Positions 1-9,598 of a DNA stretch of 64,000 bases are shown here, in pieces. This DNA is from Candidatus Marinacidobacterales bacterium (GTDB lineage: Bacteria > Acidobacteriota > Vicinamibacteria > Marinacidobacterales > SMYC01): positions 4,640,001 to 4,704,000 of the forward strand of contig OZ250169.1 in NCBI GenBank assembly GCA_965237955.1. The letters are read 5' to 3'. A model generated the notes under the pieces. It was not told the origin of the DNA. It ran no database searches and saw only the letters and a list, made by a program, of their open reading frames with translations. The position numbers were made by a program, and so were the translations under genes. Position 1 is the first letter of the stretch; each line of letters opens with the position of its first letter.

Positions 1-309
1 CTTCCCGAAGCACCCCAAGTCGTCTTCCTCGTGAGTCGGGACCCTGAGGGCGCGGACCGCTACGTCGTGCTCCGCACGCGTTATCACCTGCTGCCGCACA
101 ACGTGAACGCTAACTACCGGTATCCACCGGTGTCGAGTGAGATCGCCCCCGGCCAGTACGTTCTCGTGATCGAGCCTCGGGACGATATAGATTTTGACGA
201 AGCCGCGGGGCGGCTCCTTTGGGAGACCGGAGACCCAGCGGATCGAGGTCAGCTCGAGCTCGAGCGCATTCATGCTTCGCCCTCGATCTCCTTGTACCGG
301 AGACCCTGA
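1..309 (+). CDS. Hypothetical protein, 5'-partial at the window edge
   Basis: Frame is open from position 1 to the TGA at 309, 1 nt before the next ATG (311), which suggests an operon. Confidence 0.55.
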   Translation, partial: LPEAPQVVFLVSRDPEGADRYVVLRTRYHLLPHNVNANYRYPPVSSEIAPGQYVLVIEPRDDIDFDEAAGRLLWETGDPADRGQLELERIHASPSISLYRRP

Positions 310-310
310 C

Positions 311-1684
311 ATGGACACCGTGCGGATCGGGATCGGCATTTTCCTGCCTTGGCTCACCGGGGTCGCTTGGCTGCGCTATCGATGGCGTGACGCCCCCGAA
401 GGCGCCCTCGCCCTCTGGCTCGGCTACGGCTATGTTCTCGGATTCGTCTTGACGACGTTGCTGCTCAGAGGATTCGACGCGGTTGGCCTGCCGCTGACGT
501 TCTCGGCGACCGCGCTCACACTGGCGGGCTTGGCCGGACTCGGCCTCTTTGTTACGAGAGACGTTCCTTGGCGGCACCGGGGAGAGGAGTCCGGAGTGGG
601 CCGGGAGGGAGCCGTGGACAAAGCCGTATTCGCGGTCCTGATCCTCCTGCTGTTCGTGCGCTACACGGGCCTGGGACTCGAGCTCGTTGGGCGGCCGACC
701 TTCGCGTGGGACGCCTGGGCGAGCTGGGCGCCGAAGGCGCGGGTCTGGTACGAGCTACGGACGCTCGTGCCTTTCGTGGATTGGAGCGCCTGGCTCCAGC
801 AGGGGCCCGGCGGCGCCTATACGATCGCGGCCCACCACTACCCACCCACGGTTCCACTCATTCAGGTGTGGATGAGCCTTGCCCTCGGCCGCTGGGACGA
901 CTCGTTGATGAACCTGCCGTGGCTTTTTTGTGCGGTAGCGCTGGGACTCGGCTTCTACGGCCAGGCACGCGTCTGGGGCGTGCGCGCACTCCCTTCTCTC
1001 GTCGCCGTTTATTTCCTGCTCTCCGTTCCTTTATTGAATACGCAAGTCGCTCTCGCCGGAAGCGCCGATCTCTGGCTCGCCGCCGTCTACGGGCTTGCAG
1101 CGATGGCGTTTTTGCAGTGGTGCCGCACGCGGGAGCTGCGGCAGGCTCTTCTGGCTCTAGCCCTTGCCGCGACGTGCGCTCTCATCAAGGTACCCGGGCT
1201 GATGTGGATGCTGACCTTCGTGCCGGCCTTCGTCGCCGCGACGTGCCGAGTACCCAAGAAACTCCTCATGGCCGGAGGGCTCGTCGCGGGAGCTTCCGTC
1301 ATCGGGCTCGCGATCTCCGGACCGCATGTGTCACTTCCTTACCTCGGTCGTTACGAGCTCGGCTTCCACCCCGACGTGTTCGGGGTCTTCACCGCCGTCT
1401 TCTTCTCCTTGGCAACATGGCATCTGTTCTGGTACCTGTGGTTAGCGATCGTCGTCGTCACGATGCCGGCTCTCGTCGTCAGCCAGCCTGTCTTCCGCGC
1501 GATGGCGATTCTCGTGGCCACCGCATTCGCTTTCGTCGGTGGGGTCTACGTCTTCACTTCGCTCGCCGAGTTCGCGATCGACTACACGCAGATCAACCGC
1601 GCGTGCTTGCACATGGTGCCGATGCTGGCCTTCGTCGCGTTGGTGAGCGCCGAGGCCCGCGCACTCGGCGCGGGGGGCAAGTGA
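311..1684 (+). CDS. Polytopic membrane protein, GT-C/GT39-like glycosyltransferase
   Basis: About 12 hydrophobic segments; loop 'PTFAWDAWASWAPKAR' and 'HYPPTVP' are typical of GT-C-like proteins; ATG at 311 chosen over the ORF-track start. Confidence 0.6.
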   Translation: MDTVRIGIGIFLPWLTGVAWLRYRWRDAPEGALALWLGYGYVLGFVLTTLLLRGFDAVGLPLTFSATALTLAGLAGLGLFVTRDVPWRHRGEESGVGREGAVDKAVFAVLILLLFVRYTGLGLELVGRPTFAWDAWASWAPKARVWYELRTLVPFVDWSAWLQQGPGGAYTIAAHHYPPTVPLIQVWMSLALGRWDDSLMNLPWLFCAVALGLGFYGQARVWGVRALPSLVAVYFLLSVPLLNTQVALAGSADLWLAAVYGLAAMAFLQWCRTRELRQALLALALAATCALIKVPGLMWMLTFVPAFVAATCRVPKKLLMAGGLVAGASVIGLAISGPHVSLPYLGRYELGFHPDVFGVFTAVFFSLATWHLFWYLWLAIVVVTMPALVVSQPVFRAMAILVATAFAFVGGVYVFTSLAEFAIDYTQINRACLHMVPMLAFVALVSAEARALGAGGK

Positions 1685-1710
1685 CGAGCGACGGGGGGAA
1701 ATTCGCGCGC

Positions 1711-2937
1711 TCAGCGCCGGCCCATGATCCCGAAGCCGTCGCCGTCCTGCCCTTCGGTCTGCCAGACGACGACGAAATTTCCAAGCCCGTCGGAGGCCAC
1801 TTGGGGCGCCTGCTGGTTCTCGCCGGTGAAATCGTTGATCCGAACTTCATCGCTTACGGGGTTTCCGGACGGATCGAAAAGCCGGGCGAAGACCCCCTCG
1901 CCGCTTCCGTCCTGACCCAGGCTCGTCCAGACGACGAGAGAGCGGCCGCTCGACGTTCTGGCCACCCAGGGGCCTTTCTGGCTTTCCGCGGTGACGGTGT
2001 TCGCGCGAAACTCGCCTCCGAGACGGGCGCCGGAGGCATCGAAGTCCTGTCCGAAGACGCCTTCACCGCTCCCGTCCTGACCTTGGCTCGTCCACGCGAC
2101 GATGAAGTTCCCCGCGGGATCGGAGGCCACAACCGGTTCCGTCTGAGCGTCGGTCGTGAAGCTGTTCACGACGAACTCGTCGCCGATGGGAAGGCCCGCG
2201 GCATCGTACAAGCGTCCGACGACGGCATCACCGCTTCCGTCCTGCTCCGCGCTTTGCCAGACGACGACGAAAGACCCGCTGACGTTCGAGGACACGGAAG
2301 GATTTTGCTGAGCGTTGCTCGTGAACATGTTGATCTGGAACTCATCGCCGACCGAAGCCCCCGTGTGCGAGAACCGGCGGCCGTAGATTCCCGGGCCGCC
2401 CCCGTCCTGCCCTTCGCTCTGCCAGACGACCACGAAGTTCCCGGCGCCGTCGGCCGAGACGGCGGGCCGGGACTGGGGGCCGGCAGTGAAGCTGTTGACC
2501 TGAAACTCTCCACTCATAGGCGTGCCGGCTGCCGTGAAGACTCTGCCGAACACACCATCACCGCTTCCGTCCTGTCCTTCACTCTCCCAGACCACGACGA
2601 AATTCCCCGCCGCATCCGCAGCGACGGAGGGTTGGGACTGCCGGCTCGACGTGAACGCGTTGACTTGGAAGTCGTCGCCAAGGGGGGCGCCGGAAGGGTC
2701 GAGACGCCTGCCCATGAGCCCGAGTCCGCTTCCGTCCTGCTCACTCTCCCACACGACGACGAAGTTCCCGCTCGCGTCTGCGCTCACGGTGGGAGCGGTC
2801 TGCGGACCGACCGTCGTAAGATTGACGGGAAACTCCGCTCCCGTCGTCGGGATTTGCTGGGCAATCGCCCACGCGACCGGAAGTGCGGAAAGAAGGAGCG
2901 ACCAGAGAAGCAAGCGTTTCGTTACGATGCCATGCAT
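1711..2937 (-). CDS. Secreted tandem-repeat protein (six ~63-aa repeats, probable beta-propeller)
   Basis: Signal peptide, then repeats of 'EFQVNSFT..Q..P.VA.D..GNFVVVW.S.GQDGSG.GV.GR'. Confidence 0.8.
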   Translation of the reverse strand: MHGIVTKRLLLWSLLLSALPVAWAIAQQIPTTGAEFPVNLTTVGPQTAPTVSADASGNFVVVWESEQDGSGLGLMGRRLDPSGAPLGDDFQVNAFTSSRQSQPSVAADAAGNFVVVWESEGQDGSGDGVFGRVFTAAGTPMSGEFQVNSFTAGPQSRPAVSADGAGNFVVVWQSEGQDGGGPGIYGRRFSHTGASVGDEFQINMFTSNAQQNPSVSSNVSGSFVVVWQSAEQDGSGDAVVGRLYDAAGLPIGDEFVVNSFTTDAQTEPVVASDPAGNFIVAWTSQGQDGSGEGVFGQDFDASGARLGGEFRANTVTAESQKGPWVARTSSGRSLVVWTSLGQDGSGEGVFARLFDPSGNPVSDEVRINDFTGENQQAPQVASDGLGNFVVVWQTEGQDGDGFGIMGRR

Positions 2938-3097
2938 GAATTTACCTTGTCGGTGCGGTCCTTAGCATTTCTCATTATACCGGAACGAGCAAATGGAAAG
3001 AGTTAACTGCATAACATCGGTGAATCCCGAGCGTTTCCACCCGCCCGGCCCCTGAGCGAGCGACCATGGGCACGTCAACGACGAAGCTCGCCCGATA

Positions 3098-3799
3098 ATG
3101 CGTAAGAAGAACAGTCTCCTCCGACGGGCGTGGCGGAAGCTCTTGCACTGGCGATTCCACCGGGTGCGCCGTGCCGAGGAGACCGGGAAGCGCGGACCCC
3201 TCCTGGAGGAGGTTCTCGGCCGGCCCTTGATCGTGCTTCCGAGTGTTTTCGACCCGAAGCTCCTGCGCTCGGGCGCGTTCATCGCGGAGAGCTTGAGCGC
3301 CGTTCTCGTCCCCCCCGGTGCGCGCGTTCTCGACCTCGGGACGGGGACGGGCATCGCGGCCCTCATCGCGGCCGAGTGGGCAGAAAGCGTCGTCGCCATC
3401 GACATCAACCCCGAGGCGGTGCGAGCGGCGCGCATCAACGCTCTCCTGAACCGGCTCGAGACGAAAATCGATGTGCGTCTGGGGGACCTATTCGCTCCGG
3501 TGGCGGGAGAGCGATTCGACGTCGTCTTGTTCAATCCGCCTTTTTATCGAGGCGAGCCCCGGGATCTCCGGGATCGCGCCTGGCGAAGCCCCGACTTGGA
3601 CCACCGATTTGCCCGAGATCTCGGCCAACATCTCGAGCCGGGGGGGCATGCACTCGTCTGCCTCTCGACGGATGGGGATTTGCCGTTCGTCGACGCGCTC
3701 GGCGAGGCGGGCTTCGACGTCGAAGTCGTGACTGAGCGCGACCTCGTGAACGAAGTGCTCCGGCTGTACCGCGCGTGGCCGCGCGCGAGCTCCCGGTAG
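3098..3799 (+). CDS. HemK/PrmC-like class I SAM methyltransferase
   Basis: Motif I 'VLDLGTGTG' and 'NPPF' motif. Confidence 0.85.
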   Translation: MRKKNSLLRRAWRKLLHWRFHRVRRAEETGKRGPLLEEVLGRPLIVLPSVFDPKLLRSGAFIAESLSAVLVPPGARVLDLGTGTGIAALIAAEWAESVVAIDINPEAVRAARINALLNRLETKIDVRLGDLFAPVAGERFDVVLFNPPFYRGEPRDLRDRAWRSPDLDHRFARDLGQHLEPGGHALVCLSTDGDLPFVDALGEAGFDVEVVTERDLVNEVLRLYRAWPRASSR

Positions 3800-4899
3800 A
3801 GAGCCGTAAGCTTCGTCACGGTGACGTCCAGAGAGTAATCCTCTTGGATCCGCCGTCGTGCCGCTTCGCCCATGAGGCGACGCCGGGTACGATCCCGCGC
3901 CGTCGCCACGAGAGCCCGCGCCAGAGCTTCTTCGTCTCCGACGGGGACGGCGACGCTCGCGGGCTCGAGGTCGGGCAGGACACCGACGCGCGTCCCCACC
4001 GCGGGGCAGCCGCACGCCGCCGCCTCTTGCGTCACCCATTCCTGTCCTTCGTGACGGGAGCTCATGACGAGGAGATCGGCCGACCGGTAGTAACGGGGCA
4101 GCGTCTCGTGGGGCAGGCGCCCGTGGAAACGAACCCGCGAATCGATACCGAGGGAAGCCGCCAAGCTCCGCAGTCTCGTCGAAAGCGGCCCGTCTCCTAT
4201 TACGTGGAGGACGGCCTCGGTAAGCTCGGTGCGCGTGCGAGCGAACGCCTTGAGGAGCATGGATTGATCTTTGACGGGAACGAGAGACGCCACGTGGAGA
4301 AGCTTGAGACCTCCCTCGAGGAGTGATGGCTCACGAGCTCCCGGGTGAAACTTCGCGGTGTCGACGCCGAGAGGGAGAAACGCGGGAACGAACCCGCGCG
4401 TCTCGGCGAGTCCGGCGAGGTAGCGCGAGCCGGCGGTAATAGCCTGGGCGTCTTTCAAGGCTCGAGCCGTGAGGAGGCGGTTCAAAACGCTGAGCCGACC
4501 GCCGTAACCAATATCCGGGAGCGCTATGAGCTCACCTCCCAATAAGCTCACCACCCGGGGGATCCCGAGCCGGCGACCCGCTTGTGCCGCCACGAAGCCC
4601 GGCTCGTCGGCCCAAATACCGTGCAGGATGTCGAAAGGTTCCTGCCGGTGAAGCTGCTTGACGGCCCTGAGGGCGCGAGCGAGCAGCGGAAGCCGGGAGA
4701 GCCCCCGCGCACCGCCGCCTCCGAGGGCGCGAACTTGGACACCGTGCACGGCGTAGTCGCGGCGCATTTCCGGATATCGCAGCGTAATGACGCGGACGTG
4801 GTGGCTCTCCCGAAGCCGGCGCACGAGCGCGAGAAGCGCCGGGATGCACTCGTCCCCCTCGTGAGAGCTGAACCCGGGTACGACGAGGCCGACGTTCAT
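3544..4899 (-). CDS. Glycosyltransferase family 4 (GT-B)
   Basis: 'SSRHEGQEWVTQEAAACGCPAVGT' (ExxxxxxxE-type motif) and 'LVPVKDQ'; the C-terminal tail overlaps the convergent methyltransferase. Confidence 0.85.
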   Translation of the reverse strand: MNVGLVVPGFSSHEGDECIPALLALVRRLRESHHVRVITLRYPEMRRDYAVHGVQVRALGGGGARGLSRLPLLARALRAVKQLHRQEPFDILHGIWADEPGFVAAQAGRRLGIPRVVSLLGGELIALPDIGYGGRLSVLNRLLTARALKDAQAITAGSRYLAGLAETRGFVPAFLPLGVDTAKFHPGAREPSLLEGGLKLLHVASLVPVKDQSMLLKAFARTRTELTEAVLHVIGDGPLSTRLRSLAASLGIDSRVRFHGRLPHETLPRYYRSADLLVMSSRHEGQEWVTQEAAACGCPAVGTRVGVLPDLEPASVAVPVGDEEALARALVATARDRTRRRLMGEAARRRIQEDYSLDVTVTKLTALYRELARGHARYSRSTSFTRSRSVTTSTSKPASPSASTNGKSPSVERQTSACPPGSRCWPRSRANRWSKSGLRQARSRRSRGSPR

Positions 4900-4900
4900 C

Positions 4901-6379
4901 TCAGAAGCCCGTCGTCTCCGGCCGTTGATACGACATGATTTTGTGAAGTGCTCGTAGCTCGAACGGATACCGATACACCTCGAGGTGGTAACGCCACGCG
5001 CTTACCGCCCGAAGGACACCGCGTCGCAGCCCACGGAGCCGAAGATCCGTCGACGTCGGATAGTAGGCATTCAAGACGCGCTCGAAGTCGAAGACCCTGC
5101 GTCGGAGCGAGCGCTCGATCCACGGCATCGAAAGGCTTCGCCTCTGGGTGAACGCTTGCCACTCCGGCGAGATCCACTCCTCGAGGGTCTCCGGAAAACG
5201 GAATCCGCTCGCCTTCGCTTCTTCGTAGAGCACACCGGCGAGAGGTACGGGAGAATAGAGATACAGCACGATCTCCGAGCTGGGATTGACTCTCTTGACG
5301 CGGCGAATGAAGGCGATGGTCTGCTCGGTGTCCTTCACGGGCTCGGGCGGGTTGCCGAGAACGAACGACAGCTCGGGAACGATGCCGTACTCGGCCATCC
5401 TCCGCGCGATCTCGATCGTCTTTTCCGCCGTCGCCGTGCCGCCTTTGTTCATCCGTTTCAAGACCTCGTCGGAGCCCGACTCGGCCCCGAGGAACACCAT
5501 GCGGAGCCCGCTCTCGGCCATGAGCTTCCAGGTGCTCTCGGCGTACCCGAGCAGCGTATCGATGCGTGCCTCGCCCCACCATCCGATCTCCGCATCGACG
5601 ATGCGCTCCGAGAATTCACGCACGCGGGCCTCGTCCACGAAAAAATTGTTGTCGTAGAACTCGACGGCGTCGGCCCCGTAATCGCGTACGAGCCGGCGAA
5701 CGACGGCGGCGGTTCGCTTCGCGGACTGCGCGCGCCAGCGTCCTTCGGCCAGGTTGACGACCGCGCAGAAGTTGCAGGTGAAGGGACAGCCGTAGCTCGA
5801 GTGATGCGGAAGCGTTCGCCGTCCCAGAAACGTCGAACGGACATAGCGCTCCATAGGCACGCGATCGTAGGGAAAGTCGGGAAGCGCGTCGGGCGCCGGC
5901 AGCTCGGGGAGGACGAGCTCCGCTGTCTCACCGCTCGGTGCGCGGCGGGCGAGCCCGGGAACCTTCGCGAGACCGGGCCTGTCTCCGGATTCGAGCGCCT
6001 CGAGGAGCCGTGGAAACGTGAGATCCGCATGTCCTCTCAAGACGTAGTCGACGTAAGGAACGCGGAGACAGGCATCTTTGTGCTGCGTCGGGAAGTATCC
6101 ACCCCAGACGATCGTGACGTGCGGGTGTCGCTCCTTGAGCGCTCGGGAGAGGGGCACCGCGTGTGAGAGCTGCGGTCCGGGCATCACCGTCATCGCGACC
6201 ACGGAAGCGCCATCATCACGAATCCGTTGATCGATGGCGCCGAGCCCGTCCGGGGTCAGGTTGCCGTCGACGATGGTGAAATCACGTTGTCCTTCGAGAA
6301 CGGAGCCGAGAGCGAGTAGTGACATCGGCAGCACCGGCTTTCGCGTCGCGCTGCTCGGCGGGTTGTAGAGAACGATCAA
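4901..6379 (-). CDS. B12-binding radical SAM protein (1)
   Basis: N-terminal cobalamin-binding domain ('IVWGGYFPT'), CPFTCNFC, 'GAESGS'. Confidence 0.9.
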   Translation of the reverse strand: MIVLYNPPSSATRKPVLPMSLLALGSVLEGQRDFTIVDGNLTPDGLGAIDQRIRDDGASVVAMTVMPGPQLSHAVPLSRALKERHPHVTIVWGGYFPTQHKDACLRVPYVDYVLRGHADLTFPRLLEALESGDRPGLAKVPGLARRAPSGETAELVLPELPAPDALPDFPYDRVPMERYVRSTFLGRRTLPHHSSYGCPFTCNFCAVVNLAEGRWRAQSAKRTAAVVRRLVRDYGADAVEFYDNNFFVDEARVREFSERIVDAEIGWWGEARIDTLLGYAESTWKLMAESGLRMVFLGAESGSDEVLKRMNKGGTATAEKTIEIARRMAEYGIVPELSFVLGNPPEPVKDTEQTIAFIRRVKRVNPSSEIVLYLYSPVPLAGVLYEEAKASGFRFPETLEEWISPEWQAFTQRRSLSMPWIERSLRRRVFDFERVLNAYYPTSTDLRLRGLRRGVLRAVSAWRYHLEVYRYPFELRALHKIMSYQRPETTGF

Positions 6380-7761
6380 GTCTCGACCCCCGCTCCCAGA
6401 GCTGCCGCGCGCCGCCCTCTGTGCCCTCCGTGAATGCCGCGCGGCGTGTGCCAGGCGCCCCGGCAGCGCTGAAAAATAACGAGCGTCAGCACCAGCGTCA
6501 CAGTGCTGAGCGCGAAGAACCCCGCGATCATGCCGAGGGCGCCATACAACTTGCCGAGACCGGTAAGACCTATTAGAGCGGCCGCGCCTTCGACGATGGA
6601 GACGAGCACGAGAGGCTCTTTCTTATGAGCCCTAAGATAGCTCGCGAGAGCGAAGCGGAGCTGCTGGAGCACGATGGCCCCGAGAAAGAGAGCGCTTGCG
6701 ACAGGCGAAAGGAAGCGGCCGGCCAAATCGCTTCCGAAGAGCTCGAGGGCCGCGACGCCTCCGCAGAACACGACGGCGCCTCCCGAGACGATCGCGAGCG
6801 AGCCTAAAGTCACGCGGCGGAAGAGCGCGTCCATCGCTTCGTACTCGCGTTGCGCGGCGAGGATGGCGAGCCGCGGAACCTTCGTGGCCACGACCGCGAA
6901 GGCGACGGAGGAGATCGCGGTGGCGAACATGACGGTCATTCCCATCCGGCCTGCGACCTCCGGACCATGAAAGGCGAAGAGCACCGGAGTAAACAGGGAG
7001 AACGCGAGATAGCCGCCGATCCAGCTCACCGCGAATCTCCACTGGAGAGGCCAGACCTCGTGCCGCCACGAGAGGGCGGTCGTCCGGACCGCCGGAGCTC
7101 GCCGAATCCAAAGGCCCCGAAGGATGCGAAGGGCCTCTTCCCGGAGCGCGAGCACACCGGTGAGAAGCGTCGCGATCCGGGAGAGCGGGATGGCCAGAAG
7201 CCCCCCACCTGTCAGGATCGCGGCCCAGCTCACAAAGCGGCCTGCGAGAGCCTGGGCAAGCCGCGCGCCATAGACGCGCTCGACCTGGTTCAGCCCCTCG
7301 AGGATCGCCAGAACCGGCGTGAGGAGCACGCCTGCCGACGTCGCGAGGCAAGCGCCCCACCACAGCAGACGCCAGTGCTCGATCGCTCCGCTCGCCGGAC
7401 GAAACCTCTCGAAGTAGAGACTCCCGAGAAAACCCAGTCCCAAAAAGAGCACGAGCGCGACCCCGCAGTACCAACGACCCGCGAGCCGCTCGAGCTCGGC
7501 GAGCCGCCGGCGTGCCTTTTGTGTCTCGTCCGTGTTCTCGCGCCGCTCGAGTCGCGCCCACTCGTGGCTCGCGAACTGCTGGAGGACGTGGGCGAGCCCG
7601 AGCTCGGCAAGAGTCGTAAGCGTGAGAAGTCCCATGAACGTGAAGTAGTAACCCTGGAGCACCGGCGAAAAACGGTACGCCACGAGAGCCGCCGTGACGA
7701 GACCGGCGGCGCTTCCCCAAAGACGGTTCCCGATCGCATACCAGGTGGCCCGGTCCGTCAC
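6376..7761 (-). CDS. Wzx-like polysaccharide flippase
   Basis: About 12 TM segments, 'FSPVLQGYYFTF', 'PLQWRFAVSW'; GTG start at 7761 overlaps the upstream stop (GTGA). Confidence 0.75.
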   Translation of the reverse strand: MTDRATWYAIGNRLWGSAAGLVTAALVAYRFSPVLQGYYFTFMGLLTLTTLAELGLAHVLQQFASHEWARLERRENTDETQKARRRLAELERLAGRWYCGVALVLFLGLGFLGSLYFERFRPASGAIEHWRLLWWGACLATSAGVLLTPVLAILEGLNQVERVYGARLAQALAGRFVSWAAILTGGGLLAIPLSRIATLLTGVLALREEALRILRGLWIRRAPAVRTTALSWRHEVWPLQWRFAVSWIGGYLAFSLFTPVLFAFHGPEVAGRMGMTVMFATAISSVAFAVVATKVPRLAILAAQREYEAMDALFRRVTLGSLAIVSGGAVVFCGGVAALELFGSDLAGRFLSPVASALFLGAIVLQQLRFALASYLRAHKKEPLVLVSIVEGAAALIGLTGLGKLYGALGMIAGFFALSTVTLVLTLVIFQRCRGAWHTPRGIHGGHRGRRAAALGAGVET

Positions 7762-8804
7762 GGTCTTAGCTCCGCACTCGAAGCGACGAGCTCGATGGCT
7801 TTTTTGGCCACGTCCCGAGCGTCGTATCGAGTCAGGCAGTGCACGTCCCCGAAGCGGCACTCCGCCTCCATGCAGAACCCGCACTCGAGATCGCCGGAGT
7901 GGAGACAGACCGACGCGGGCCCGAGGGGTCGCGAACGATCGGCGCGGCTCGATCCGAACAGCGCGAGCGTCGGGACACCCGAGACCCAGGCCATGTGCAT
8001 GAGACCGGAGTCCTCAGAGAGGACTAAGCAGGCGCGCCTCACGAGAGCGAACGCCTCGGCCGGGCTCGTCCGACCCACGAGATCGACGACTGCCTCCCCG
8101 AGCTCGGCGCTCAGGTACGAGGCTTTGGGCTTCAGTGTCTGAAGCCCGAGGAGCAGAAACCGCGTGGGCGCGGGCACGAGCCGTTGCCATTCACGGGCGA
8201 AGGCGACGTAGCGGTCCAGAGGCCAGTGGCGCGAGGGAAAGGCTCCCGCCGGGTTCAGAACGACGAGCTTCGACCCGCTCCGATAGCCCGCTTGCTCGAG
8301 GAGCACGTCGACTCGTCCGTCGCTCGAAAGCTCGAGACGTGTATCCGGCCCAACCGGACCGAGCCCGGAGGCGTCGATCGCCGCGCGCGTACACTCTCCG
8401 GCCGGGAGCGGGCTTCCTCTGTCGAAGCGACTCCACGCCCGAGGCCTCGTCGCCGCCACGACGAAACGGCTGATCTCGTTGTTCTGTAGGTCGATCACGA
8501 CGTCGTAGCGTCTCGCGACGAGACGCGGCAAAAGGCCGAGTGTCGAGAGACACTGTTTCTTGAAATGCCGGCCGCCGCCAATCGCGAAGACACGGGAGAA
8601 CGTCTGGAGGCTCCTCGGAATCTCCGCCGTCTCCTCGCGGGTGAGGAGATCGACCTCCGTTTTTGGAAGCTTTCTCCGGAGAGCCGTCAAGTAGGGAAGC
8701 GTGATGACGACATCGCCCATCGCCTGGAGGCGGATGGCGAGAACGCGACCGGGCGCAGCGGCTCGGGTCCACGGCCGCGCGACGATCCGTGCTCGATCCG
8801 TCAC
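7758..8804 (-). CDS. Glycosyltransferase family 9 (heptosyltransferase-like)
   Basis: 'IRLQAMGDVV' and 'EDSGLMHMAWVSGVPTLALFG'; GTG start at 8804 overlaps the upstream stop. Confidence 0.9.
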   Translation of the reverse strand: MTDRARIVARPWTRAAAPGRVLAIRLQAMGDVVITLPYLTALRRKLPKTEVDLLTREETAEIPRSLQTFSRVFAIGGGRHFKKQCLSTLGLLPRLVARRYDVVIDLQNNEISRFVVAATRPRAWSRFDRGSPLPAGECTRAAIDASGLGPVGPDTRLELSSDGRVDVLLEQAGYRSGSKLVVLNPAGAFPSRHWPLDRYVAFAREWQRLVPAPTRFLLLGLQTLKPKASYLSAELGEAVVDLVGRTSPAEAFALVRRACLVLSEDSGLMHMAWVSGVPTLALFGSSRADRSRPLGPASVCLHSGDLECGFCMEAECRFGDVHCLTRYDARDVAKKAIELVASSAELRP

Positions 8805-9598
8805 GAGCGTCTCCGGAGCTCCAGCACGTAGTGATCGCCGAGATAAGCGAAAGGCCAAAAATGCCGGAGCGATCTCTCGACCCCTGCCATCGCGGCGAGG
8901 AGCCTCGGTCGCTTCTCGAGAACGCTCGACCAGAGCGACGGAGGGAGCGCCCATCCGAGCGCGGATAACCGCTCCACGCGGAACCCGGGCTCGAAGGCGC
9001 GGGCGAGCTCTTCGGGCCAGCGGTAGGAGATCCGGATGCGCACGTCTCCGACCCGCGCCGTCGAGCCGCTTCTCGAGAGACGCCGAAACGCCTGTCCCGC
9101 GTCGAGCCGCATCATCGAGGCCGCGAGCTCCCACAGACACAAAGGCCCCATCACCACGAAGACGACAGGAGCGTTGGGTCGCACCCAGCGCGCGAGCGCC
9201 TCGGCGAGAGGCCCGAGCTCGGCAACGCAGTTGAGTCCGCCGAAATTAGAGAACGCCCCATCGAGGCTCTCCGATGCAAGCAGAGCGGGTGGCTCCGCGA
9301 GATCCAGGATGCGGAACGCGATCGATTCCTCGAGACGCCGCCCGCGCGCTTTTTGTTCCGCCTGCGCGAGCATGGCCTTCGAGCCGTCGGTGGCCGTCAC
9401 CCGCACTCCTCGCGAGGCGAGCCAGCAGGCGTCCTCCCCGGTCCCGCAGTTGAGCTCGAGGACGTGATCGCCGGGCGCAAAGAGCGCGGCGAGACGCTCC
9501 CACACGAGGCTCCGGAGCTCCCGACCGAGCTTCGTTTCCGTGAAGGTGCGGTCATAGCTCGGCGCCGCCCGATCGAACGCAGCGATGGAAGCCCCCAT
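8801..9598 (-). CDS. Class I SAM-dependent methyltransferase
   Basis: 'VLELNCGTGEDA' and 'DGAFSNFGGLNC'. Confidence 0.9.
   Translation of the reverse strand: MGASIAAFDRAAPSYDRTFTETKLGRELRSLVWERLAALFAPGDHVLELNCGTGEDACWLASRGVRVTATDGSKAMLAQAEQKARGRRLEESIAFRILDLAEPPALLASESLDGAFSNFGGLNCVAELGPLAEALARWVRPNAPVVFVVMGPLCLWELAASMMRLDAGQAFRRLSRSGSTARVGDVRIRISYRWPEELARAFEPGFRVERLSALGWALPPSLWSSVLEKRPRLLAAMAGVERSLRHFWPFAYLGDHYVLELRRRS

Noticed and set aside
568-3006. 812-aa plus-strand ORF
   Set aside because: Off-frame and antisense shadow of two real genes in high-GC DNA; no recognisable motifs.
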